A stretch of 64,000 nucleotides of DNA from Mytilus edulis. Lineage: Eukaryota. The notes below the pieces were generated by a model, which saw only the letters and a list, made by a program, of their open reading frames with translations, did no database searches and was not told where the DNA came from. The DNA lies in assembly GCF_963676685.1 (NCBI RefSeq), contig NC_092345.1, positions 44,516,001-44,580,000 of the forward strand, given 5' to 3'. Of the stretch, positions 12,991 through 25,811 are shown piece by piece (within the stretch, counting starts at the first letter, position 1; each line of letters opens with the position of its first letter). A program made the position numbers and the translations under genes.

Positions 12991-13420
12991 TTATTGCATG
13001 CTTTGATATTTTATGAAAATTCCGCTAAAATAATTTGATTAAAACTAGTAGGAAAAAAATAATTTGTCATATCGTATTTAAGATGTATTTTAAAAATGAT
13101 ATTGATAAAGTTTTTGAAAATTTAAAATATAGACAAGTAGTGACCATTTCCTATTTTAAAGGGCTATCGGTGAATTAATCGTCTGGACATCTAAAAATCA
13201 TGTTATGTTATTGTTCAAATGTCCATTATTTAAGAAGATTTCAGCCAGTGTCGATGTTTTCTCATACAGTTTTGAAAATATTACCAAGAATGCATTTGAT
13301 TTTGAAACACAGAATTCAAGTACAGCATTACAAAATTGACATGAGCCCATGTTTCATTTTGTATATTAAATAATGTAAAAGAACAGGTTGTAATAATTAT
13401 TGAACCAGTCAGTTTGAATG

Positions 13421-13950
13421 AATAAAATTGAGAATGGAAATGGGGAATGTGCCAAAGAGACAACAACCCGACCATAGAGCAGACAACAGCAGAAGGTCAC
13501 CAACAGGTCTTAAATGCAACGAGAAATTCCCGCACCCGGAGGCGTCCTTCAGCTGGCCACTAAACAAATATATACTAGTTCAGTGATAATGAACGCCATA
13601 CTAAACTCTAAATTGTACACAAGAAACTAAAAGTTAAAATAGTACAAGACTAACAAAGGCCAGAGGCTCCTGACTTGGGATAGGCGCAAAAATGCCACGG
13701 GGTTAAACATGTTTGTGAGATCTTAACCCTCCCCCTTTACCTCTAGCCAATGCAGAAAAGTAAACGCATAACAATACGCACATTAAAATTCAGTTCAAGA
13801 GAAGTCCGAGTCTGATGTCAGAAGATTTAACCAAAGAAAATAAACAAAATGACAATAATACATAAATAACATCAGACTACTAGCAGTTAACTGATATGCC
13901 AGCTCCAGACTTCAATTTAACTGATTGAAAAATTATGTCTTCATCATATG
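13421..13950. repeat. abundant interspersed repeat, class unresolved
   Basis: reverse-complement copies at about 43730-43923 and 45490-45680; partial copy at 60560-60850. Confidence 0.7.
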
Positions 13951-15462
13951 AATATCGAAAACTGTTTCAATTAAGTCAAAAATCGTTTTGCCTGCTGCTT
14001 ATTATTGGGAGATGGTTTTCTGCTAAAATTGCTTTGTTGAAAGAGTGCTAATATAATGGATTTTCTCTCTTGATTTATCTACAAACTAATGAATGTTCTG
14101 GTTATTTTTCTACTTTGCTTCCTTAAGAATTAGGTGAGGATAAATTATGGAGATCAGGACAAGGTTTTTGATTGCATGCTTTCTACTGTTTTCTCCTTCC
14201 TTTGATTTTTTTTTTAATTTAATTCAGGGATGTGGCCCATATTTTAGTCTAAAATTTACAAAAGCATCCTTCAATGTACATATTGCTCAATTGTAGATTA
14301 AAGGTGCAGGGGCTTTTCTCTCTAAACCTTTTATAAGCATACATAAATATTACCAATCAATGCTATAATATAGGGAAAAAATTTGGTGTCAAGTATTATT
14401 AAAGAGATGTATGAAGTTCAAGTATATATATGTCTAAAAACCAATATTACAGAAGAATTAAGAAATTTGTTGAATCTGAAAGCAAAAAGAAAAATGGAAT
14501 TGTAACAACAGAATTCTAATAAACCGATATCTTTGCTAACTTTTAAAATTTATGTAAACTTTCTTGAAGTTGTTTTTCTTTTAATATATATTATATCCCT
14601 GCTCAAACAGTCGATGGGTAATAGGGGGAGGGAGGAGATATTGCAATCATTTTGTATGATGGTTTATCTAAAAAAAAAAATCCCCTCACTTTTAACCAAA
14701 ACCATTTCATAGTTGGCCAACAGCTTAACAATGATGAGTTGTAATGTCAAGGCACTGTTTACAGACACTGTCAATATTTATAAATTTTTGATTGCACTTA
14801 AAATAATTGACACCTAATCCCTATTTTCTGATACTTTGAATAACAATTAGGTTATGCTTAGCAAGACAGTGTGTGCATTCTTGCAAATATTTTCCTTTAT
14901 TTACTTATTTATTGCTATTTGAGATATAATGATACTGCAGGATTTTTTGCCTAATCTGTTGATGAAACTGTTCATCAACTTTATTGCAGTCAATTTTCGA
15001 CAAAAAGCTTTGCAAGTTTCAACCAAATTATAAAACGAAAAGATCTCTAAATATAAAAATAAGAAGATGTGGTATGGTTTCCAAAATAAATTAACAACTA
15101 TAGTTTCTAAGTCTACAATACACTTTGAAAGTTGAATGCATTTCATAGAGAGGATATTTTATAGGGCCTCCTGCACTAAGCTTGCATTCAAAAATAAATA
15201 TAATCCAAGAAACGAATCAAGAAATGTAGCAAATTACCAAATACATTTCTTATAGCTTATCATATGTACAACAACTCTAAATTCATATTTTTATCCTATG
15301 CTAATGATGCTACTGCTAAGTGACACATTTACCACAAAAAAGTACTAAAAAACTTTCACTGATGGAACGACTGTTAGAAAATTTCCTGTCTTATTTAACA
15401 TGATCTACGGTACTGATTTATTAAAAACAATATTCTAAATATTATGTTTTCATGTTTTTCAG

Positions 15463-16623
15463 CTTTTAGAAGAAAGTGATGTTTCATCTGTAGACTCATT
15501 TAGTATCGCTCACAGTGGACGTGCTTCACCAAATCAACATGAAAAATCCATCATGGGTTTCGAAGAAACTAGTTCAATATCATCTACTTCTACATTTGAC
15601 AGTGCTAACATTCCATACATAGATACTTCTGACGATGCTACTAAACACCCTGTACCACCACCACGGAAACATAGACGGCAAAAAAATACTACCGAATTAG
15701 GCGATAGACTTATAGGAAGAAAAACTCAAACTGCTGACAGACTTATTGGTCATAAGAATCCACCCCCAAAACCAGATCAGCCGCCAAAACCTACCCCCAG
15801 GAAAAGTTTATCTAAGGACATTCCACATACTGAAATAACGTCAGTCCCTCTTATAGAATTAGACTCACCAGAGTATGTGGATGTCTTTGACCCTTTTAGT
15901 AGTGGTAATTCATCCACTGTCGGTAGGGTTGAAGAAATACGAGAACTTTTTTCAAGTCCAGAAAATTCACCGGGGAGACAGGGTTCTACAGATGTAAAAT
16001 TCCACGAACTTAGTCGCACACATGCATTTAGGAAGCAGGCTTTAGACACACCAAAAAGGGATTTTTGTAAGGCTGATATTTCACCTTCACCAGAAAAGGA
16101 TTTAATGTCGAATAGGTCTACTAGTGATTTACCAAATAAGACAAATGATACAGCTAGTGAACTGTTTGCAAGCTTTGATCCACTGATATCAGAAAAATGT
16201 AATTTATCGCCGGGTTTACAAAATAGTGAGACACACGGAAAAGATTTAATTCAAAGTTGGAATATAAATCATTTAAAGAGTGGTTCAAGAGCAAAATCAT
16301 CCTTGCAGTATTTGGCAGGAGGGAACAATGAACCCAGATGCCGTGATCCAGTCGGAGTAACAAATAATCCAATTTACGGAACAAAACCTTTGCGACATAA
16401 TAAACCTGAATTGCCACCAAGACCAAAGACCGTGGTTGGTAGTGCTGCTTTATCTAGTCCATTTAAACCAGTTGAAAACCCTTTTTACAATGTTAATAAT
16501 TCAAGTTCAAACTCTGCCAAAGTTCAAAGTCGGAACAGTGACCCTTTTAGTGACCTTCATGAAATTAGTGTTAGTAACAGAAAAAGTCAAGAATTTGCTC
16601 AATCAAAGTGGGAAAAATTTTAG
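15463..16623 (+). CDS. DENND1: DENND1-like terminal coding exon: proline-rich endocytic tail
   Basis: tttttcag|CTT in frame with ORF 15553..16623; PxxP motifs, two DPF, one NPF, NPIY and C-terminal WEKF* (AP-2 ear-binding WxxF, compare WETFE). Confidence 0.88.
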   Translation, partial: LLEESDVSSVDSFSIAHSGRASPNQHEKSIMGFEETSSISSTSTFDSANIPYIDTSDDATKHPVPPPRKHRRQKNTTELGDRLIGRKTQTADRLIGHKNPPPKPDQPPKPTPRKSLSKDIPHTEITSVPLIELDSPEYVDVFDPFSSGNSSTVGRVEEIRELFSSPENSPGRQGSTDVKFHELSRTHAFRKQALDTPKRDFCKADISPSPEKDLMSNRSTSDLPNKTNDTASELFASFDPLISEKCNLSPGLQNSETHGKDLIQSWNINHLKSGSRAKSSLQYLAGGNNEPRCRDPVGVTNNPIYGTKPLRHNKPELPPRPKTVVGSAALSSPFKPVENPFYNVNNSSSNSAKVQSRNSDPFSDLHEISVSNRKSQEFAQSKWEKF

Positions 16624-17132
16624 TCATTCTCAAATATTAAGTTTTAAAAATTAAATTTTAATGATTCAGAAGTATACTGTATGAAATCAGTCTTGTTTAG
16701 CACCTGCACTGATTTACTGAATGTGTTAATTACATGCTTAGATCCAAATAATTTGCTCAAAAGTATACATAAATTTTTAAATAGTTTAAATTCACATTTT
16801 TATTAATGAACTTGAACTGACTAAAAAAATGAACCTTAAATCAATTAAAATTGAATGTAGTCCTCTCATTAATATCGCACATTAAATCATTGATCTAATT
16901 CAGAGTAATTGCTTTATTTGTTGTATAAATCAATCATTAATTCTTTTTTATGTAAAAACAGGAGTGAATGGCATTATCATAAATGTATTGAGAAATTTTG
17001 TTTTTACTTTAAATAATGACTTGCCATATTTACGAGTTCTTTATATACACATGAACATGTATATCTAGATATACTAAACAAAAAAGCTACTGTGTGTGTA
17101 CTCTGTAGAAGCATGTCACCAACTTGTATAAT

Positions 17133-17404
17133 TATAGATTATCGTTGATCATCTCAACGAGATTGATTTTCTCGCTTGAGCCGGGACAGCGAAAGCGAGA
17201 AAGGCAATCGAGTTGAGATGATCAATGATAATCTGTTTATCGCTATTTTACCTATGACGACGTTTGTCAATTTCATGTCAATTTCGTTAGCAACGTCACG
17301 TGCCTGCTTAGTTTCTAGCGATAATTTTCCATCTCAAGCGAGTAGCATGATATGAAAATTATCACAAAAAAAGATCAAAGGAAAAATGCACAAAATAGCG
17401 ATAA
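17133..17404 (+). repeat. hairpin-plus-tail element, family 3
   Basis: about 100-bp palindrome, then a module bounded by TTATCGCTATTT/AAATAGCGATAA. Confidence 0.7.
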
Positions 17405-17566
17405 TGAACATTATCGATAATTGTAATGTTGCTGAAGAGTCATTATTTGGGTTTAATGAGAAACTATAAACAAAATAAATTTTTTGAAACTTTTTTTATC
17501 TCTAAATATTGGAATCTTTAAAGAACAAATTGAAGTTTCTATCTGTATCAATAACATCATGAATGA

Positions 17567-17822
17567 GGCCACACTTAAAAATATATTGGTTTGCTCAAAC
17601 CCTACCAAACATTTTGACAGTGAGCATGTGAGTAGGTAGGTAGACATTTTCTTTTTTTTTTGGCAAAGAAAAATGTAACTATTAGATGTCTATTAGTCGT
17701 CATGTCTATTTGAATAAAAAAAATATATTTTCACATCAGGTCAATAAAAGATTATGAGAAAGCACCTTTTTTCTTGGTAGGTAGGGTTAGGTCAAACAAA
17801 CCTATTCTTTTTTTTTATGGCC
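17567..17822. mobile_element. small MITE with GGCCA termini and TGA TSD
   Basis: tga|GGCCA...TGGCC|tga; internal TAGG repeats. Confidence 0.55.
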
Positions 17823-19788
17823 TGAATATTTATATTTACTTGTGTTTACAATGAAAGCTAATTATTTCTTCCTTTCTTTTTTTTTTTATAAATATTTGGT
17901 AAACTATTTTATCATTTATTTTTTTTATAATTTTGCCCTGGTCTCTGTAAATGTGCATTTATATTAAAAAAAAATGAAGTCAAAATTTCAAATCATTAAG
18001 AATGTAGTTATTTATTACTATTCTAACTCAACCTGTATTTTCTAAAACAAACTTATGCCAACTAAGGTCTTCATGTACACATACTTGTTTATATATGAAA
18101 AAGAAACGATTTCAATTAGCTTGAATGAGTATGGATGGAGTATTTTGCTTGTGTTTTTAATATTATTTATGTTGTTAATGTGTATTGTGGCTTTCATAAT
18201 ATCAATTCTGAGTTTTACATAAAAATTTTGTATAGCTCTCGACATTACAAAATATTGTTGTTATGTTAGATGTTATTGGTATAGATGTGTATAATTAATC
18301 TAGTTTAAATATATATTTATAGCAGAGGTCTGTTGTTCCCTCTATTATAAATTATACTATTTTTTTGGTATTTTTTTTCTTTCTAGAAATGATTAACATT
18401 TTTATCTTGACATGCTGCTTAAAAGGTTACAGAACACCTAAGGGAGTTAAATCTTAAAAATCAGCTGAGCCTTTTAATCACATACTATAAGTAAGAAAAA
18501 CTGCTATACAACCAAATTATTCCTGTAAATTGTGTTGTTATATTTTTTTTAAACAGGTCTGAGTAAATATTTTGTCAAAACTTTATGAAAATTAATCGAG
18601 CCAAATCTATTTTATTCAGTGTAAGACAGGTGTAGTCTTCAGAAATCTTTTTGATACAAATATTTTTTCAGTACAGTTAAAAAAAGTCTTCTTTTTCAAA
18701 ATTTTAAACAGACTATATGGACAAAGGGAATTCACATTTAAGAACAGCTAGTCCTTGCTATTATTTCTATTGCAAAATACCAAATTGTGACAGTCCTTTG
18801 CTAAATTGATGGTCAAAACCTTTTGGACCACCAGTTTTTGAGAACTGGAGACCTCCATATTGTCCAGTAGATATGACTGGATATTGGTGTGTATTATAGA
18901 ATTGCTCCTTTGTCAGAAGTGTTGAAGTGCAGGGGTACAATTGATAGGTTTTCAAATTCATTATAAATTTATTAAAAATGGTCAATGTTGTTCTTACCTC
19001 ACTAAAATGAAAAATAAAATTTTAATTATTTTACAACTTTCGCACTTTACATATTAAAATTTAACTGCCTTGAGTGGAGAAATATCATACATGTAACACA
19101 CTTGTTGCAGTGGTGGTATATATATACATGTATCTTAACTTGTTAGGAGAGGACTGGCACTGTTAATGATATAAATTTTTTAGAGGTATTTTAAATATTC
19201 AGCTAATACTTTTAAGCAAACTTGCAGCATTCTTAATTAGATCTTTTTCTGTTATTGGTTACGGCAATACATTAGTTTAGTTTACATATTGTGATCAAAT
19301 AGTTTCATTATTTATTTCTATTGTTTTCCAAATTTGAGGAACATTAATCGTATCTGCTGAAATTTTCATTCTATTTTTTATTTTTTATATTTGAGTGCTG
19401 GTATTACATTAAAACATTCCATGGATATAGGTCAACAGTGACCTAATTATGTATTTCATTAAAATTTAAAATTATCAAATTTGAGAATTGTAATTAGACC
19501 TGCATAGAAAATTTACACAAATTAAGAATTCAAGATTAGGTCTATAAGACGATTACAGTGAAGAAAATTTTAAATACAGATTTTATTTTTAATTAATCAC
19601 AAGAATGAACTAAGATAACAAGGTAAATTTGTAGTTAAGATTGTTTTTGTGTGATATTGTGCATGTTATGTAATTCTACTTTAAGGTAAAGTCTATTGCT
19701 GCTGAGCGGTGCTATGTGTTTTAAGACAAACATTACTGTGATAATTGTTACAATACTCTGGTTAGCTTGTTACAATGCAATCACAGAA

Positions 19789-19794
19789 AATAAA
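19789..19794 (+). terminator. candidate poly(A) signal of the DENND1-like 3' UTR
   Basis: AATAAA followed about 15 nt later by a T-rich tract, where UTR-like sequence gives way to repeats; other AATAAA sites exist upstream. Confidence 0.4.
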
Positions 19795-20365
19795 TCATGT
19801 ATCACTGAAATATTTATTTGTTATTTATACTATACTAGTAGTACTGTAATATACTGTATGTGAGCAACTTGACAGGTGCAACATATAGGGCAGGATCTGT
19901 TTACCCTTCTAGAGCACCCAAGATCAACACCAGTTTGGTGAGGTTTGTGTTGCTCAGTCATTTGATTACCATGTTGTGGTTTGTAAACAGCTGTTTTATG
20001 TCTTTTGATAGTTTTCAAATTTTGTGTAAAGATTGTATGAAATGCAACCAAAACCCCATAATAAGGACTTGATATCTAAATCTTCCAAAGTTTATCACTA
20101 CATTTGAGATACACAAAATATAGTGCAGTGATCATAACATTCTAAACATCCTATCCATTAATCAAGACATTTATCAATGCTGAGCAAGTGTTGTTACTTT
20201 GAAGCAGATCCATCATCCAAGATAACTGCTAACAGGGGACTTAGTTTAACATTGGACCCTATGGGAAATATATACAAATGTCTTCTTTTAGAGAACCATG
20301 GAATGGAATGAAACCGAACATGGCATGAATATTCCTTATTAGGTGCTGTTACTTTGAAACCAATC

Positions 20366-20701
20366 CAACAACAACAACAACAACAATACTTTATTTTAAG
20401 AGGGTTACACAGTTAGCTATATAACTAATCTTCCCTGAGGCCCTCATCATGAGAAATCAAACAAAATGCAAACATATACATTGCATACATTAGTATAAAA
20501 AGTCAAGTATGATAATAATGTTTAATACAACTTGATAAAATGTGATGAAAAAAAAAAAATAAACATGATGACATGATCAGTTTTTAATATTATTGATATA
20601 GCTAGGTTGATTTCAATAAATGATCTGTTATTTTGTATTTGAAAGCATTAACATTTGTAATATTTCTTAACGGTATTGGCAAATTATTCCACAAGAATGG
20701 A
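20366..20701 (-). mobile_element. 5'-truncated CR1/L2-group LINE inserted into a HINE-like element (about 20130-20995)
   Basis: LWNNLPIPLRNITNVNAFK RT C-terminal motif, 3' stem-loop GAGGG...CCCTC, AATAAA and (TTG)n tail. Confidence 0.75.
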
Positions 20702-21099
20702 ACATCCAAGATGGCCACCAGTAGGGACTTAGTTTAACATATAGGACCCTTAGGGAAATACATTCAAATGTCTTCTTTTAGAGATCCACTGAATGGAATG
20801 AAACTAAACATGGCATAAATGTTCATTTTGGGGTGCTGATGAAGTGTTACTACTTTGTTGCCCATTTTCTGTTTTCAAGATGGCCACCAGGATTTTAATT
20901 AATTATTAAACCAAATTTTACCTCACTCATTATTTGGGTATCTGCTACCAAAGTAGAGGCAGATGAGTGACACAGGCTCTTGAGAGCCTCTGGTGTAATT
21001 TTGATAATGCAAATATTGAAATTAAAATAGCAATTCTTTATAATATAAGTTATACAAATATTCAAAATCCATGAATCATGATTGAAGGTATATAGCTGA

Positions 21100-21780
21100 A
21101 TAATCTCCAAAGAGAATACCAAATACCATTGACCTTTATATAAAAATTTTTAAACTTAATACAAACATTATCTTGTTTAATATGTAAAAAAAGTTTCAAA
21201 GTCAATGAACCATGATGAGGGGATGGGGCTATTTAATTTCCATGGAAATGATACTTGCAAATGCCAATAAATTGTCATACCAAATATCATTGACATTAAC
21301 ATAAGCAGTTAATTTTAAACTGATATAATCACAAACTAATACATATAAACTTGTGGAGAGTTGTCTCATTGGTAATCATATCACATCTTCTTTTTTATAA
21401 GCAACATTTTCAGTCATAAGATCGACTATAGGGGCAGAGCCAAATCATCTCCATGGAAATGAGTCATTCCAATCTTTATACAACTGCATACTATTTAACA
21501 TTAACCTACCACGAGTGGTTCCCCATAAACTTACATAATCACAAACGAATACATGTAAACTTAGCAAATTTTTCAAAGTCAAAAGACCATGACTGAGTGG
21601 GCAGGGTCAAATAATCTCCATGGAAATGATATGTGCCAATGCTAATACTACTGCATACTAAATATAATTGACCTACCACTTGTGGTTCACCATAAACTAG
21701 ATGTAATCACAAATTAATACCTTCTTGACACCACCACTACCAAAAACAGCATACCTATGTCTTGCTTTTTGACACCAGAC
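21100..21780. repeat. degenerate tandem array (about 170-210 bp units), probably a HINE core
   Basis: CCATGGAAATGA anchor at about 21240, 21451 and 21617 with collinear flanks. Confidence 0.6.
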
Positions 21781-23121
21781 ACAAATTACAGAACTATGAT
21801 TAATTGGACAATATTCAACATTTTTTTGTTATAAGGTCAGTTTCTCAGATACTATAAGCAACATAAAATGTATTTGGTTTATGAAATGATCGCAAGATGT
21901 ACATGTATTTCTGGAAATTTTCATCTGACCTTGACCTCATTTACATGGATCCATTGATAATGTAAAGTTCATGTGATATTTGAAATAAAACTTTTCTATT
22001 ACAGACTTAGAACAAGAATGCAATTATGATAAGTAAAGTCAGTAAGACATTTAACTGTGTACACACTTGTTCTAAGTCTGTGTTGTTTCTACCTGCAACA
22101 GTCTTGTCCATATATCTTTGTCCTAAAACATTTTATTTCATTTTAAACTTTTGTATTTGGACAAGTTTGGGGTTAGAAAATATATTTTTATTTATTAATG
22201 TTTTATGGTTGGATAAGGGACAATCACCAGTCCAGTATTGAGTGGTAAAATTATCAAAATGTTTTATAGGAGTAACACAGGGTGTCATATGTGGAGACGG
22301 ATCTAGTGACAGTCTTTGAGATTGCCAGAACTTTTGGTGGAATTCAGCCACATTGCCTAACAAACATCACTTTAAGCAACAACAAAAAACAAATAAAAAT
22401 GGAATATCACACAATTTAAACTTCTCCATGCGTCAACAAACAATGTACATAAACAAAACTTAAAACACTGTGTACATGATACAACATTTAAAGTTGGGAG
22501 CAACATAGGAAACTGCAAAAATTTACCCCAAACATATGCTTTGTCCATATCAAATCTGTCTTTTTGCTAGCATGTTTCAACTTTGATAGTAGCCATACAA
22601 TATTGAAAGGATTGAAGATACAAACTTTGTTTGTCATTTTTAAATGATAAAATTTATTTCATAGGTAAAGAATTTCTATATACATATCAGATCATTTTTA
22701 AAATTACATACATATACATGTAAAACATAAAAAAAAGATGCTCCTTCAATCACATTGCTCATAATTTTACCACTAAACTTTAAAATGTCTATAAAAGTCT
22801 ATTCTTAAGAGACATATATATGTTGCTTATTGTAGTCTCCCTGTTGTATTAGTTCTTCTAATTATGAACTACATTAGTATTTATTGATAAAATTTGAAGA
22901 CAATTCATATTCAACCCTATTCTGGTTTGTCCAGAAGATAGTTTTTTCTAGTCCTATATCAATATAAGTATAAGAAATTAAATCTCAAAGAGTTGCAAGG
23001 AACTATTTAATAAAACTCTCCTGCAGATAAAAGATTTGATGGATATTAACAAAACATAAAAAGTGATTCATTTACACATTGGGAAATTATGGAACGTTTT
23101 TGTAAGCTGATTTAATCATTT

Positions 23122-23336
23122 TAGGAGGTAGACCTAGGTTAAGGGAAATAACTCTTAAAATCATCAGTACGTTTGTGTCAGCCATTTTCGTAAATATGTT
23201 CTAAGCTTCTTGGATACATAGATTATTTTCAATCTGTTTCAGGTAAATGCTTAAAATTCATTGAGGAAACTTGACTTTTACAAACACATAACTGATTTAA
23301 AGAGTTATCTCCCTGTACCAAGGTCTACCCCCTTAA
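23122..23336. mobile_element. MITE, Kolobok-like
   Basis: TIR GGAGGTAGACC..GG / CC..GGTCTACCCCC followed by TTAA; subterminal motif shared with the element at 49860. Confidence 0.6.
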
Positions 23337-24658
23337 AGTCAACATGAAGTGAGAAAAAAATTTGTGGTTATAAGTATTGTGTATAAGTATCTGAACTTTT
23401 GATGGAAGCAAACTTAAGTTCTTGGAACAGAAACCAATCTTTGGAACATATATACGGATAGACCAGGGTAACACTAAATGCCACCTCTGATGATGGCAGA
23501 TCATAAAATTTAGTCTAAACCAAAGATATAAATGTCAACCGATAGCATATACAATTTATTATAAAGTCAAATGTTTCAGACTATATTAACATCAGTTACA
23601 TGTATTACTTATAAATAACAATTCATCTAACCCTAAAAACCTAAATTAAGGTGAAAGGTAATCTTGCCTTAGATCAGCATAGGATAAATAATTTGAATAA
23701 ATATACAAAAACACTCAAAGTGAATCCAAAACTGGTTTTGAAAATGAATGGGAATCATTCAGGAGTTTAAGTTTTACAATATATGCAAACATTGTTTGAA
23801 TCTAAAAAACTACAATTTAAACAATAAAAGATCAAACCATGTTAAAATGAATAAAAGGAGTTTTTTAATGTTGCCATATTCATCAAAATAACATGACCAA
23901 ATCAAATTGTCATCATGCAGTTCAAGGAAAAACATAATGCAAACGCTGACATATTATAATTTGAACATAGAAATTCATCAATGTTTTTACTAAAATTAAT
24001 GTTAAAAATAAAAGATATTGCTGGTCATTTTTTAAAATAAAACGATTATCTAATTAAATACAGTTTTCACTCAATTATATATTTGTTCTTCTTATTTTTA
24101 AACATAACATGAAAAATTGTATTGAAACAATTGCTAACAACTTTAACTTAAGATGTAATGTTCAATCTAACAGGATAACATTATTTCCATTTTCTAATGT
24201 GTCACAAAAAGTTCTAGAGTTGTCTCCCATAGTCCATGTTTTGAAAAAATGTATATCACCCCGACAAACATGCTACTGAAATTATAATTGTTCTAAACAT
24301 CCCATTTTCTATACCCTTTAACCAACAGTCCTTGTGTGTCAATTCTATCATCTATGCTTGCCAACAAAATATATAATGAGAATTTACGTTAAACACTACA
24401 TATCGTCCTTAAAAAAAATATGACCCTTGTGACTTAAATGTAAAATAAAGTTTGAACCTGGGAACATTTCTTGATTTAAATCATATCAGTGTGATCAAAG
24501 TTATATTGTTACATTCATATGCTACAATGATTAAAATAATAATAATGCCTCTCATCTAGTACATATCTGTAGCAAAATGTTTAGTTACTAGATACACAAT
24601 CATGGCAATAAATAAAACTTCAATGCTGGTCTGCTGGTATCTTCAACTAAACACTGGC

Positions 24659-24787
24659 CTAAAAATACATGTCTCCTCGTATTCTTCTTGCCAGCCATAC
24701 GTCCTTGACCTGAATTGTCACACGTTTAGCATGTATGGCACACATGTTTGCATCCTCAAACAAATGAACTATGAAAGCTTCAGCAGC
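24659..24787 (-). CDS. CENPA: CENP-A exon 4 ([42 protein letters not shown])
   Basis: ttttctgcag acceptor; histone-fold alpha2/alpha3, A at H3 T107, VHLFED as in CENP-A; stop TAG. Confidence 0.95.
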   Translation of the reverse strand, partial: AAEAFIVHLFEDANMCAIHAKRVTIQVKDVWLARRIRGDMYF

Positions 24788-25736
24788 CTGCAGAAAATCG
24801 ACAACAAAAAGTTTTATATTCAACTTCAAAAACACATTTTTTTAAATTTTAACATTCTTGTTGTTGGATTGTTTCTTTTTTCATTGCCATTATAAAAATT
24901 TGTCAGGAAATTGACTTCTTGTTTAATGGTGAAAATGAAATTATGATGTTTTCTTTTGAACCAAGGATAGTTGATTCATATCATTAACTCATAGAATTTC
25001 ATCAAGCACTTACTGATTCTATTCATGAGGTATTGATATACAATATTGATAACAGGATGGTTGATTGATTTTTAATAGGGATGGCAACGAGTACTCAGGT
25101 ACCCAATCAGAAGGCAGAATACTCGAGTACAGTTTTAGTACTTGGATACTCGTTTGACTGTTATTCATCTTAAACTATTTCTCTTCACATTTCCTCTCAC
25201 TTTTCCGTTGAAATATCTCTTTCATAATACTAAATAAAATCAATTAACAACAAAAATATGTTTATCCTGAGGCTAATATTTGTTATAGTAGTACTACCAA
25301 CATCCTTTTCTTCCATGGGAATATTTTTCATATGCACAACTTGTAACAAAAAATAGAGAGTCCAACAGTTTTTTCGTCTGAAATTGCTTTAACAATAGCG
25401 ATCATTTTTTTTTTTAAATGCCATTTGTGTATTAAAAACAATCAACCATCCTTATAAAAACACACAAATTGTCATTACACATAAGCTAAATTTATCTAAC
25501 TTTTTTCTGAAATCTTTTATACTTGCATTTATAAACTTTTAAAATGGTGATTTAATATAATAATTGTAAATTTTTTTAATATTTAGTTTACATGTATTTG
25601 AATGGCAAAATACACCAAAAGATTCAGCCTCCTGTTAGCATCTAGTTCTTGATCACCAGTTACATGTACATGTATTCAAATTTCATTCGAACTGAATGAA
25701 TGGCATAAACAAGATAAAATACTTATATATACTAAC

Positions 25737-25811
25737 CTCTTGCAAAGCACAAATTGCCATTGCATTCCATCTCAATGGTTCATGACTAATAGCCATGGCA
25801 ATTTCTCTCAC
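25737..25811 (-). CDS. CENPA: CENP-A exon 3 (VREIAMAISHEPLRWNAMAICALQE)
   Basis: tctttag|...|gttagt, 75 nt; loop 1 one residue longer than H3 and W at H3 F84. Confidence 0.95.

Noticed and set aside
23487-23493. Additional CTGATGA motifs (also 63056-63062)
   Set aside because: No stem II plus GAAA downstream; the 63056 motif is the antisense of the retrozyme body
25076-25155. Complete hAT element starting TAGGGATGGCAACGAGTA in CENP-A intron 3
   Set aside because: Only one terminus found; treated as a fragment
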